A DNA stretch of 64,000 nt from Pelotomaculum sp. GTDB taxonomy: Bacteria; Bacillota; Desulfotomaculia; Desulfotomaculales; Pelotomaculaceae. The notes below the pieces were generated by a model, which saw only the letters and a program-made list of their open reading frames with translations, was not told where the DNA came from and did not search any database. The stretch's first letter is position 1. Every line of letters starts with the position of its first letter. Location of the stretch: the NCBI GenBank assembly GCA_030627625.1, contig DAOURR010000003.1, forward strand, positions 28,669 through 92,668, given 5' to 3'. The position numbers and the translations under genes are program-made. Of the stretch, positions 36,625-45,610 are shown piece by piece.

Positions 36625-36942
36625 TTAAAGCAAGCCCGGTATGTTAAGTCCACCGGTAAGCTTGCCCATTTCCTGGGCCACCATCTCCTGCGCCTTTTTC
36701 AGGGCTTCGTTAACCGCAGCCATGATCAGGTCCTGAAGCATTTCCACATCTTCGGGGTCCACAGCTTCCGGTTTAATTTCCATCGAGATAATCTCGTTTT
36801 TTCCATTTACCACAACTCTTACCACTCCGCCGCCGGCTGTGCTCTCCACCGTCCGGCTGGCCAGTTCCTCCTGCAGTTTAACCATATCCTGCTGCATTTT
36901 TTGAACCTGTTTCATCATTTTGCCCATATTGCCGCCCATCAT
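36625..36942 (-). CDS. ybaB: Nucleoid-associated protein YbaB/EbfC (canonical copy, YaaK)
   Basis: [21 protein letters not shown]...GGG.V.V..NG...I....[19 protein letters not shown] and a GGLNIPGL tail. Located between dnaX and recR. Confidence 0.95.
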   Translation of the reverse strand: MMGGNMGKMMKQVQKMQQDMVKLQEELASRTVESTAGGGVVRVVVNGKNEIISMEIKPEAVDPEDVEMLQDLIMAAVNEALKKAQEMVAQEMGKLTGGLNIPGLL

Positions 36943-36967
36943 AATTGAGTACCCCCTTAATAATTAA

Positions 36968-38722
36968 TTAAAATAACGTTCCCTCGGAATCGTCGTCCAG
37001 TATAATTTCTTCACCGCCAAAGCGTTTCTTCACATCAACCACCGGGGCTCTGGCAGCCCGGTCTTTTTCAGGCAGGTTAATCCTGCCCTGGTAAGATGTG
37101 AACGCCACCTGCCATTTCCCATCAAAAAACTTGCCCATTAACTCTTCCAGGTATTTTTTATGATCTGGCCGCCCGGCCATTTCCCTGGCAAGGGCTTCCT
37201 CTTCGGGAAAGCCTATCACAAGGCCCCTGCCTCTCAATGTGAGCGGAAAAGCTTTTGTATAGTTATGGTATAGGGGCAGGCGCTCCTTCCGTAAAACATT
37301 AATTATCTCACTCCAGGCCCCTTTGACCTGTTCAAGTGTAACCTCACCTGCAGAGTCAGACGCCGGATCTTTTATGCCCTGTTCCTGGCGCTGCGGCCGT
37401 TCCACAGGAGTGTCCCGGGCCACCCCGGATCCAGCAGGCTTGTTCTTCGCCACAGAGGGGCCGGCCGCTTGAGCGGGGCTGACCGGGGCTTTAGCAGGCC
37501 TGGACTTTTCCCAAAGTGGTTTATTCTCTCCGGGCTGTGCCTCCCTGGTGACCATGGTCTTCCCTTTCAAACCTGTATGCGATTTAAGTTTTTCCTCCAC
37601 GGCTTCAAGCCTGGAGTACAGTGCCGTCATATCGCCCCGGACTTCGGCGCGGCAGGCCTTGACCAGGGCAAGCTCAAGGATGACACCAGGCATGGTGCTC
37701 CATTTCATATCCTGCTCCGCAGCAGCAATTAATTCCACCACACGCAGCAGCCCGTCCTTTGAGAACTCCGCCGCCAGGTTCGCCATCTGGGCGGGGTCGT
37801 CCCACACCTCGGCCGCAGAAGCGCCGGGAGCGAGTTTATCCAGTAGGAGCGCTCTCAGGTAACCTGCCATTTCCCTGGCAAACAGCCGCAGGTCTTTGCC
37901 CTCCTTGGTCAATTCGGCCACCAGGGTCAGGGCCGGGCCCGCCGAGGCGGCGGCCAAATATCCGGCCATCCGGCTCAAGGCGTCCACGCGCACTGTCCCC
38001 AGTATATTATGAACGTCCCCGGCCGTTACTTTCATCCCCCCGAAGGAGGCTGCCTGGTCCAAAATGCTCAGGGCGTCCCGCAGGCCTCCCTCGGCTGCCC
38101 TGGCGATCAGTCTTAGCGCTTCCTCCTCCGCTTCCAGCTTGGCCCCGGCGATTACTTCTTTGAGCCTCTGGATGATGTCACTGGGAACGATGCGTCTGAA
38201 ATCAAACCGCTGGCAGCGGGAAAGTATCGTTAGTGGTATTTTATGCGGCTCAGTAGTAGCCAGGATCAACATGGCCTGCCGGGGAGGTTCCTCCAGCGTC
38301 TTCAGCAGCGCGTTAAAGGCCTCATGTGTGAGCATATGGACTTCGTCGATGATATATATCCTAAAATTCCCTGCCGCTGGGGCAAACTTGATTTTTTCCC
38401 TCAGGTCCCTGATCTCGTCAATACCCCGGTTCGAGGCGGCATCTACCTCAATGACGTCGACGGAAAGTCCCTCGTTGATGGCTGTACAGGAACTGCACCG
38501 GTTGCAGGGCTCGGCCCCTTCACGATCAGGGCAGTTCAGCGCTTTTGTGAAGACCTTCGCGGTAGTGGTTTTGCCTGTGCCCCGGGTGCCGCAAAAAAGG
38601 TAGGCATGACCGACCCGGCCGGACTCAACCGCATTTTTCAATGTCCTGGTAATGTGTTCCTGCCCGATGATCTCCCCAAATGTTCTGGGACGCCATTCCC
38701 TGTACAAAGCCTGGTAAGCCAT
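36968..38722 (-). CDS. dnaX: DNA polymerase III tau/gamma subunit
   Basis: HAYLFCGTRGTGKTT, Zn module C..C..C, IDEVHML and SRCQRF. Confidence 0.96.
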   Translation of the reverse strand: MAYQALYREWRPRTFGEIIGQEHITRTLKNAVESGRVGHAYLFCGTRGTGKTTTAKVFTKALNCPDREGAEPCNRCSSCTAINEGLSVDVIEVDAASNRGIDEIRDLREKIKFAPAAGNFRIYIIDEVHMLTHEAFNALLKTLEEPPRQAMLILATTEPHKIPLTILSRCQRFDFRRIVPSDIIQRLKEVIAGAKLEAEEEALRLIARAAEGGLRDALSILDQAASFGGMKVTAGDVHNILGTVRVDALSRMAGYLAAASAGPALTLVAELTKEGKDLRLFAREMAGYLRALLLDKLAPGASAAEVWDDPAQMANLAAEFSKDGLLRVVELIAAAEQDMKWSTMPGVILELALVKACRAEVRGDMTALYSRLEAVEEKLKSHTGLKGKTMVTREAQPGENKPLWEKSRPAKAPVSPAQAAGPSVAKNKPAGSGVARDTPVERPQRQEQGIKDPASDSAGEVTLEQVKGAWSEIINVLRKERLPLYHNYTKAFPLTLRGRGLVIGFPEEEALAREMAGRPDHKKYLEELMGKFFDGKWQVAFTSYQGRINLPEKDRAARAPVVDVKKRFGGEEIILDDDSEGTLF

Positions 38723-38811
38723 TATGCAAATCCCTTTCTTAGCTCATCTTTTATTGTGCCTTTATATTTCGTCACATAAACTGTATTTCCTGTTTTTCTG
38801 ATGGCGTATTA

Positions 38812-38853
38812 TGGTAACAAAAGACCGCCTCGCGTAATCTTGGAGGCGGTCTT
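38812..38853 (-). terminator. Intrinsic terminator after the SRP RNA
   Basis: AAGACCGCCTC (38821-38831) pairs with GAGGCGGTCTT (38843-38853). The minus strand is followed by UUUUGUU. Confidence 0.7.
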
Positions 38854-38866
38854 TAGTAACAATAAA

Positions 38867-39135
38867 GGCCGTGCACCTGCCTTCGAATATTAACTTCCGG
38901 GCGGTAAACCCGCAGGTAGCTCAGACCAGGCACCCTCGCGGCACCCGGAGGATTTCCCTTAGTGCTGCTTCCGTCAGGACCTGACACGGTTCAGGAAGCT
39001 CCGTCGCACGAGACCCAATCGTCAACACCCCTTACGGATGCCGGACCCCACAAGCTAAACCCTCGGGCGGGAATTCAACCCCGCTGCAGCGGTTTGCGGG
39101 TACAGGGCACCGCTACCTCCCCGTCTAGCACGGCC
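38867..39135 (-). ncRNA. ffs: Signal recognition particle RNA, long Bacillus type (about 269 nt)
   Basis: Minus strand runs GGCCGUGCUAGACGGGGAGGUAGCGGUGCCCUGUACCCGCAA...GUGUCAGGUCCUGACGGAAGCAGCACUAAGG...GAAGGCAGGUGCACGGCC. It has the domain IV GGAAGCAGC motif, Alu-domain-like ends that pair, and sits upstream of dnaX, as scr does in B. subtilis. Confidence 0.9.
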
Positions 39136-39161
39136 AAAACTTTTAATTGAGAGTAATATAC

Positions 39162-39251
39162 TGGCGGAGAGAGTGGGATTCGAACCCACGAGACAGTTAC
39201 CCGTCCACACGCTCTCCAGGCGTGCGCCTTCATCCACTCGGCCATCTCTCC
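39162..39251 (-). tRNA. tRNA-Ser (anticodon GGA) with a long variable arm and encoded CCA
   Basis: Minus strand: GGAGAGAUGGCCGAGUGGAUGAAGGCGCACGCCUGGAGAGCGUGUGGACGGGUAACUGUCUCGUGGGUUCGAAUCCCACUCUCUCCGCCA. Anticodon loop is CUGGAGA. The T-loop (GGUUCGAAUCC) and acceptor stem pair correctly. Confidence 0.93.
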
Positions 39252-39269
39252 GTGCACTACGTAAAGAAC

Positions 39270-39298
39270 ATTATACCTTTATTTTAGCTTATCTGCAA
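39270..39298 (-). promoter_or_regulatory. Sigma-A promoter for tRNA-Ser / SRP RNA
   Basis: Minus strand: TTGCAG (39298-39293), 17 nt, TATAAT (39275-39270), about 19 nt upstream of the tRNA 5' end. Confidence 0.7.
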
Positions 39299-39580
39299 GT
39301 AAATTTACGCGCCGCAGGCATGGGTTTTTTTACCACATGCGCAGCATACCGGGGCTGCCGGCATTGCCCACCGCTCTGTAATTACATTAGTTCTCTATTA
39401 TCAACAGTTTAACATAATAATCACGTTTATTCACCAGCCTGCATACCACTTCGACAGGATTCCCCGGGTGGACTCCTGCGGTAAAAATTAAAGCTCCACG
39501 ACTATTAACGTGGAACCCGGCAGGATGCTGTCACCATATTTGTATAAACTAACTGTGGCTTTTTGCCGCACCGTGTAAAC

Positions 39581-40570
39581 TTACTGCCCACCTTCAAAAA
39601 GATTGGCATAATCGCCGTATCCTTCTTCTTCTAAATTTTCCTTAGGGATGAAGCGTAAGGCAGCGGAATTGATACAGTAGCGCAGCCCGGCAGGGGTAGG
39701 CCCATCCTTAAAAACATGTCCCAGGTGCGAGTCCGCTCTGCTGCTGCGCACCTCTGTGCGGTATATAAAGTGGCTCAGATCCTTTTTCTCTGTAACAACC
39801 TCCGCCCTTATTGGCCTGGTAAAGCTCGGCCAGCCGCTTCCCGAATCAAACTTATCTTTGGAACTGAACAGCGGTTCACCGGTCACGACATCAACGTAAA
39901 TACCTTCACGCTTATTATCCCAGTATTCATTATTAAAAGGAGGCTCGGTGGCACTGTTTTGCGTCACCTCATACTGCACCCTGGTCAGTGTCTCCTTCAA
40001 GCGCTCTGCTTTTTTCTCTTCCGCCCAGTTTTTTTCGATATAAGCGTCCCGGCCTGAACCTCTGCGATACCTTTCATACTGCAGCGGGTTCTTTTTGTGG
40101 TAACCCTGGTGGTACTCTTCCGCAGGATAAAACCTGGATGCCGGCAAAATCCCCGTTGTAACGGGCCGGTTGAAGCGGCCGCTTTCATCCACTGCGTTTC
40201 TGGACATTAACGCCTTCTCTTTTTGTGTTTCATTATGGTAAAAAATAGCTGTCTGGTAGGGTTGTCCGCGGTCATAAAACTGGCCGCCAGCGTCAGTTGG
40301 ATCAATTTGCCTCCAGTATTGATCGAGAAGCTTTTCATACGTTGTAAACGCCGGATCATAGGTGACCTGTACCGCCTCATAATGACCAGTCGCCTGGGAG
40401 CAAACTTTTTCATAAGTGGGGTTTTCAACATGTCCCCCGGTGTAGCCGGAAACGACACTGACAACCCCTTCCATTTTTTCAAATGGCGCTACCATGCACC
40501 AGAAACACCCTCCGGCGAAGGTCGCAAGCTCATAGCGATCATCCCCTGCGATATCCGCCATGCCTTTCAC
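39581..40570 (-). CDS. msrAB: Bifunctional peptide methionine sulfoxide reductase MsrA/MsrB
   Basis: MsrA active site GGCFWC at the N-terminus. The MsrB half has GSGWPSF and RYCINSAAL. Confidence 0.93.
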   Translation of the reverse strand: MKGMADIAGDDRYELATFAGGCFWCMVAPFEKMEGVVSVVSGYTGGHVENPTYEKVCSQATGHYEAVQVTYDPAFTTYEKLLDQYWRQIDPTDAGGQFYDRGQPYQTAIFYHNETQKEKALMSRNAVDESGRFNRPVTTGILPASRFYPAEEYHQGYHKKNPLQYERYRRGSGRDAYIEKNWAEEKKAERLKETLTRVQYEVTQNSATEPPFNNEYWDNKREGIYVDVVTGEPLFSSKDKFDSGSGWPSFTRPIRAEVVTEKKDLSHFIYRTEVRSSRADSHLGHVFKDGPTPAGLRYCINSAALRFIPKENLEEEGYGDYANLFEGGQ

Positions 40571-40704
40571 CTGCCCTTGAGAGAATGGTCGTTAGTTTTA
40601 TCCGCACGAAATTATTGTTCCCCAAAATCGATTTCTATTCTTATCTTGATTCCAGGCATAAACGAAGCGGCGCCGCCTGGTGATTCTGTTATGTTTTAGC
40701 GATA

Positions 40705-40986
40705 CTACCGCCTTAACAGGCACAGGTACCTGTAATAAACGTACACAAAGGCCGCGTAGAGAGGTATGGACAGCAGGTACTTGCTTTTGGAAGGTATCCA
40801 CGGGACAGTAAAAAATACCACCCCTAAAACAGTTACCGCCAGCGCCATCAAGCCCCATTTGGTTTTTTCTGACTTATTAATAGCTTTCTCATTTGTTTTG
40901 CTTACGATTATGATTTCCGGCTTTCTCTTTGTCTTATCCTTTATGATATCCGGCTTTCTCTTTGTCTTATCCTTTTTTTTGCTCAC
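40705..40986 (-). CDS. Small membrane protein with a duplicated K/R-rich N-terminal motif
   Basis: GTG start after GGAGAGGG. KKDKTKRKPDII / KDKTKRKPEII tandem repeat, then two TM helices. Confidence 0.5.
   Translation of the reverse strand: MSKKKDKTKRKPDIIKDKTKRKPEIIIVSKTNEKAINKSEKTKWGLMALAVTVLGVVFFTVPWIPSKSKYLLSIPLYAAFVYVYYRYLCLLRR
40916..40975. repeat. Tandem 33-bp duplication inside the small membrane-protein gene
   Basis: tccggctttctctttgtcttatcctttatgata (40916-40948) is repeated at 40949-40975 and then diverges. Confidence 0.9.
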
Positions 40987-41172
40987 GAGTGTTCCCTCTC
41001 CATACGTTCCGATTTTCTATTGCCTGCGCCAGATGTTTTATTTCCCGCAAGCCATGCGTTTTCCTGCAAATCTTGTTTGAAATGAGCCTCTAATCATGAC
41101 TAAGGGGGCTATCGCTTTGATCAGCGCCAGCCCCCTCAATAACTAATAACTTTGTTACCCGGTACCCTTAAG

Positions 41173-42627
41173 TTATTGATATTTGGTATTTCGGTTGTTA
41201 AAACGGCTTTTGCCCCTGAACCCGCCAGACCGCTCTGGTCCTTTTTTGCCGCTTCCGCCTTTATAGTAACCCCTTTTTTCTGTACCTGCGCTTCTAGCCT
41301 GCTTTATTCTGAGCGGCCTCTCCTCGGTTAATGTAACAGGGGTTAGGTTGGATTCTTTGGTCAATATCTTCAGGGCTGCTGAAACAAGGGTAACCGGATC
41401 ACTTTCTTCAAGTAATCTCTCGGCCAGCGCCTTGTAATTGGCCATATCCCCTGTCTCAACGGCATTCAGAAGTTTATCCACTGCCAGCCGCTGCTGCCCC
41501 TCGAAGGCGTCCCTTGGCGTCGGTACGGGCTTGCGCTCTATTTTCCCCCTGGTCATGTTTTCAATCACTTTCAGGTGGTGAATCTCCCTTGGTGTAACAA
41601 ACGTAATAGCCTCGCCTGTTTTCCCGGCGCGGCCGGTACGTCCGACGCGGTGGACATAGCCTTCCGGGTCCTGGGGGATGTCAAAGTTATAAATATGGGT
41701 CACATCGGTGATATCCAGCCCCCTGGCAGCGACATCAGTAGCGACAAGCAGTTCGATGGCGCCATCCTTAAACTGCCGCATTACCAGGTCCCGCTTAGAC
41801 TGAGGCATTTCCCCGTGAATCCCTTCGGCTGAATAGCCGCGTTTTTTCAGCGCCTCGTAAAGTTCGTCCACCCGGCGCCTGGTCCGGCCGAAAACAATAG
41901 CCCGTTCAGGTGGCTGGGCATCAAGCACCCGGCAGAAAACATCAAATTTTTGTCTTTCTTCGACTTGAATGTAGCTTTGCTCGAGGGTTGGGACAGTAAC
42001 CTGCCTGGACTCGATTCTGATTACCTCCGGGTTTCTCATGAACCGCAGGGCCAGTGATTGGATCGTCCGGGGCATTGTAGCGGAAAAAAGCAAGGTCTGG
42101 CGCTCCCCAGGGATCTCCTTCAGGATGGTTTCAATATCCTCGATAAAGCCCATGTTCAGCATCTCGTCCGCTTCGTCCAAAACCACCATCGTGACCTGGC
42201 CCAGGCGGATTGTTCTTCGCCTCATGTGGTCCATGAAACGGCCCGGCGTCCCCACAATAATGTGAGGTCTGCTTTTAAGCGCCCTGATCTGACGGCCGAT
42301 CTCCTGCCCGCCGTAAACCGGCAGCGCCAGGATACCCTTATACTGCCCGATCTTGTTCAATTCCTCAGCCACCTGGACGGCCAGTTCACGGGTGGGTGTA
42401 AGGACAACCCCCTGGATCTGATCCCGCTCAACTTTCAAAAACTCAACCAATGGTATGCCAAAGGCCGCTGTCTTTCCGGTCCCGGTGTGGGCCTGCCCGA
42501 TAAGGTCCCTGCCTTCTAAGCCCACAGGAATAGCCTGCACTTGTATGGGAGTCGCTTCTTCAAAGCCCATAGTATTGAGCGCCCGGATAACAGGTTCGGT
42601 TAAACCAAATTCATTAAATGCTGTCAT
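41173..42627 (-). CDS. cshA: DEAD-box ATP-dependent RNA helicase (CshA-like)
   Basis: Q motif (F.EFGL...), AHTGTGKTAAF, DEAD (VLDEADEM), SAT, HRVGRTGRAG, and a basic RG-rich tail. ATG at 42627; the track start at 42753 is an upstream extension. Confidence 0.92.
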   Translation of the reverse strand: MTAFNEFGLTEPVIRALNTMGFEEATPIQVQAIPVGLEGRDLIGQAHTGTGKTAAFGIPLVEFLKVERDQIQGVVLTPTRELAVQVAEELNKIGQYKGILALPVYGGQEIGRQIRALKSRPHIIVGTPGRFMDHMRRRTIRLGQVTMVVLDEADEMLNMGFIEDIETILKEIPGERQTLLFSATMPRTIQSLALRFMRNPEVIRIESRQVTVPTLEQSYIQVEERQKFDVFCRVLDAQPPERAIVFGRTRRRVDELYEALKKRGYSAEGIHGEMPQSKRDLVMRQFKDGAIELLVATDVAARGLDITDVTHIYNFDIPQDPEGYVHRVGRTGRAGKTGEAITFVTPREIHHLKVIENMTRGKIERKPVPTPRDAFEGQQRLAVDKLLNAVETGDMANYKALAERLLEESDPVTLVSAALKILTKESNLTPVTLTEERPLRIKQARSAGTEKRGYYKGGSGKKGPERSGGFRGKSRFNNRNTKYQ

Positions 42628-42765
42628 CTTTTCTTTTACTCTACCTCTCTTTTTTAGCTGTACATCTATATGATAACCAGGATCAACGAAAAAAAGCACC
42701 GCATGGGAAATAACAGGGGCTGGGCCTGGTTTAACTATAATCTTTACCAACACTGTAAAAAAAAT

Positions 42766-43698
42766 TTACCGGTAATGCCGGTTTAGCTCGGAGGCATACC
42801 GGGCCCCCACTGAGGAGGCATTTACTGCCAGCCACTCACTCAGTCGTGTCTTCCCCGTGGGAGGACCGGCTGAAACCAAAAGGCCCGCCATTAAGCCATC
42901 GACTTCTTCCCGGGTTAATACCACATCCCTGACAACGGCGCTGACCAACCTGGCTAGGAAAAGCGCCAGGCCCGGACTCAAATGCAATATCCTGGCCCTG
43001 CTGCCCACCTTTTCACGTATCAAATGCACCAAGTCATTAAACGTAAATATTTCCGGACCTACGGCATCAATAATCATATTTTTTTCGTTTTCAGCAGCGC
43101 GAACAACCAGTTCAGCCATATCTTCAACAAATATGGGCTGCAGTTTGTAATTACCCGGGCCTGGAACTGTAAACACGGGGAACCGCCTGAGCAGCCAGGC
43201 AATATTGTTGATAAGAATATCTTCATTACCGAAAATAACGGTCGGCCTGATAATAGCATGAGACATCCTGGAGTTAACAATGACATTTTCCAGAATTCCC
43301 TTCCCTTTGAAATAAGGCAGCGGCGAATTCATGGAGGCCTGGGTTATGCTGACATGCACAAACCTGTGAACGCCGGCGTCTTCAGCCGCTTTTATAAGTA
43401 TCTTGGTGTTGGCGACCGCTTTGTCGTAAGTGACCTGCCCGTAAGTAAAACGAACCCAGTAAGTGTTTATAAATGTGGTCGCTCCCCGCAAGCTCCTGGT
43501 TAATTCGGCCGGGTTTTCAAAATTTAACGGAGCAACACCGACACTACTACCAAAAGGATGCCGGCGTTTTGGGTGACCGGTAAGGGTCTTGACTTTTTTC
43601 CCCCTGTCCAGCAGCAGGCGTGTAATATATTTACCGGTGTAACCAAAAGCCCCGGTTATTGCATATAGCTCCTGATTATTCATAATCGGCGCCTCCAC
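42766..43698 (-). CDS. NAD(P)H-binding SDR/NmrA-like oxidoreductase
   Basis: Rossmann motif ITGAFGYTGKYI and a family-typical length. Confidence 0.8.
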   Translation of the reverse strand: MEAPIMNNQELYAITGAFGYTGKYITRLLLDRGKKVKTLTGHPKRRHPFGSSVGVAPLNFENPAELTRSLRGATTFINTYWVRFTYGQVTYDKAVANTKILIKAAEDAGVHRFVHVSITQASMNSPLPYFKGKGILENVIVNSRMSHAIIRPTVIFGNEDILINNIAWLLRRFPVFTVPGPGNYKLQPIFVEDMAELVVRAAENEKNMIIDAVGPEIFTFNDLVHLIREKVGSRARILHLSPGLALFLARLVSAVVRDVVLTREEVDGLMAGLLVSAGPPTGKTRLSEWLAVNASSVGARYASELNRHYR

Positions 43699-43719
43699 AG
43701 GATTAATTCGATGCTTTAT

Positions 43720-44334
43720 TTACCCCTTGGGCATACCATATTCTTTATCCCCCTGCTTCACAGGGGCGAGCAGTTTGAACATCTCCGCCGCCGCTTTTAG
43801 CTGGTCGGAGTTCATAGTTGAAACAACCTCCACCACGCTATCCAGCAGGCGATAAAACTCCTGCAGCATATTCAAACGTTCCAGCACTGTATGCCTTTTA
43901 TTAGACGAATCCGCCTGCTTCGCCAGCTGTACACTTTCCTCCACCAGGAGAAAGGACTGGTCAAATTCTGGTTTGTGCCGCAACCCCAACACCGAACGGG
44001 TAATTTTATAAAAATCGGTCTCGGGCTCAAAAAACACCCTGCGGTCCCCTTTTTGCCAGGAACGCCGCACCATTCCCAGCTGCTCCAACTGGCGAATGGC
44101 GATGCTGACATTTCCTTTAGTTACTTGCAAGCTTTTTGCGATCTCTTCAAGAGAAACCGGTTCTGGGCTAAAATACAGCACAGCGTACATCTCCCCGGCT
44201 GTCTTGCCCAGTCCCCAAAAGGAGCTCTGACGCCCAAATGCCTGAATTAAAGCATTACGGGATTGCTCCAGATTACCATCCACCCAGGCCACCTCTTTAA
44301 AAGATTTAGTACGTTTTAAATGTATTATATCCAA
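43720..44334 (-). CDS. GbsR/MarR-type winged-helix transcriptional regulator
   Basis: FWGLGKTAGEMYAVLYFSPEPVSLEEIAKSLQVTKGNVSIAIRQLEQLGMVRR matches the GbsR-family pattern. Confidence 0.75.
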   Translation of the reverse strand: MDIIHLKRTKSFKEVAWVDGNLEQSRNALIQAFGRQSSFWGLGKTAGEMYAVLYFSPEPVSLEEIAKSLQVTKGNVSIAIRQLEQLGMVRRSWQKGDRRVFFEPETDFYKITRSVLGLRHKPEFDQSFLLVEESVQLAKQADSSNKRHTVLERLNMLQEFYRLLDSVVEVVSTMNSDQLKAAAEMFKLLAPVKQGDKEYGMPKG

Positions 44335-44387
44335 TAAACATTACTAAAGCAACTTCTTTTTAGGTTCTAACGATTCAGACCGCTTGA

Positions 44388-44723
44388 TTAACTTCGCCAA
44401 CCCTGCCAAATCTCGGGATGATAGCCGATCGCAACCTTGTGTCCATCCCTTACAATCGGAGTTTTGAACAACAGCGGGAAGGCCAGCAGCATCTCCTCCG
44501 TGTCGTGGACAATATATTTTAAATTGCGTTTTGTATATTCCTTCCCCTCGGTATCAATAAGGTTTTCCAGACCCACCGCCGACTTGACCTTATCCAGTTC
44601 ACCCTTACTGAGACCTCGCACGGTCAGGTCAATATACTGGTAAGGAATGGCGCGCTCCTTAAAATACCGTTCTGCTTTCCTGGTATCCTGGCACCTTTTT
44701 ATACCGAATATCTGGATGTTCAT
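44388..44723 (-). CDS. ArsC/Spx-family (arsenate-reductase-like) protein
   Basis: MNIQIFGIKRCQDTRKAERYF..R.I.YQYIDL is the family N-terminus. ATG at 44723. Confidence 0.8.
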   Translation of the reverse strand: MNIQIFGIKRCQDTRKAERYFKERAIPYQYIDLTVRGLSKGELDKVKSAVGLENLIDTEGKEYTKRNLKYIVHDTEEMLLAFPLLFKTPIVRDGHKVAIGYHPEIWQGWRS

Positions 44724-44733
44724 CCCTTCCGCC

Positions 44734-44928
44734 TCACTCAATAACTTCCTGAACTCTGCCCACTATTCCATTTTCCAAACGGACCTTTATCCCACGTTGG
44801 TGGACGGCGCTATTGGTAAGAATATCTTTTACTACACCATCAGTTACCTGCCCGGTACGCTGATGCTGTTTTTGAACAATTTTAACCCTGCATCCCTGTT
44901 TAACATTCTTTCGCTGAGTACCATTCAT
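44734..44928 (-). CDS. ywbE: YwbE-family small protein (DUF2196)
   Basis: R.NVKQG..V.IV.K.HQRTG..T.G.VKDILT.S..H.RGIKV.LE.G.VGRVQE. Confidence 0.8.
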   Translation of the reverse strand: MNGTQRKNVKQGCRVKIVQKQHQRTGQVTDGVVKDILTNSAVHQRGIKVRLENGIVGRVQEVIE

Positions 44929-45065
44929 AGCAATTTTCCTTTTAAAGTATATTTTGGCAACACTGATATTTATTATATCTCATCCACAGGTGTCTATGTC
45001 AAAAAAAAGCGCCTCTTTACAAGACGCCAAATAAACGCCATAGCTTAGGTTTCCGTTACCGCAAC

Positions 45066-45353
45066 CTAATGCAGTTTAATATTACTTGTTTTGGTAAAAA
45101 GGTGCTCCATACCTGCAGGGATATCTTTACCAGAGCTATCGCCTTCGCAATCACTTCCTTTATCGTTGATATAAAGGTCAGTTACTATATTAGTAAGGCA
45201 GGTTATTTTATCGGTCTGTTTGAGGATTAACGCGAGGTACCTTGCCGCCCATTTATTATGATCGCACTCTAACGCCAACTGCGCATAGCCTCTAATTACA
45301 GCAATATTCTCATTAAGCTCTAAAAGCATCCATTTAAGTTCATCCTTTTTCAT
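45066..45353 (-). CDS. Hypothetical protein (95 aa)
   Basis: Clean ORF with a helical N-terminal half. No recognisable family. Confidence 0.45.
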   Translation of the reverse strand: MKKDELKWMLLELNENIAVIRGYAQLALECDHNKWAARYLALILKQTDKITCLTNIVTDLYINDKGSDCEGDSSGKDIPAGMEHLFTKTSNIKLH

Positions 45354-45610
45354 ATCACGGCTCGACCTCCCTTGATTTTATATATCTTTAAACGACTTAT
45401 AAAACAATACCTGATAAGAATTAAGTTTTTATTAGCAAGATCTTTCTTTTTCCTTAATTTTTCAGAATATGGATCAACTGGTTGGCAAAGGAAGTGCGGC
45501 CTTAAATAAAACCTGCTAATAACCTGTGGCTTATTGCCCGCCAGGGTACTTCTGTGAAAATACTTTTTGATAGCTTAGCAACATAGGTGCCCGGTACATG
45601 ATGCGCCCTG

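Noticed and set aside
36968-38722. Programmed -1 frameshift site in dnaX (E. coli-style A AAA AAG)
   Set aside because: I saw no A AAA AAG heptamer in the coding strand. Only short A5/A6 runs occur in other contexts. There is no evidence for a gamma product made by recoding.
37469-38779. Several 90-180-aa plus-strand ORFs
   Set aside because: All are antisense to dnaX, and their Arg/Pro/Ser-rich composition is typical of shadow frames.
38962-39412. Four 60-79-aa ORFs on both strands
   Set aside because: They overlap the SRP RNA, tRNA-Ser and their promoter, and the RNA genes explain the region.
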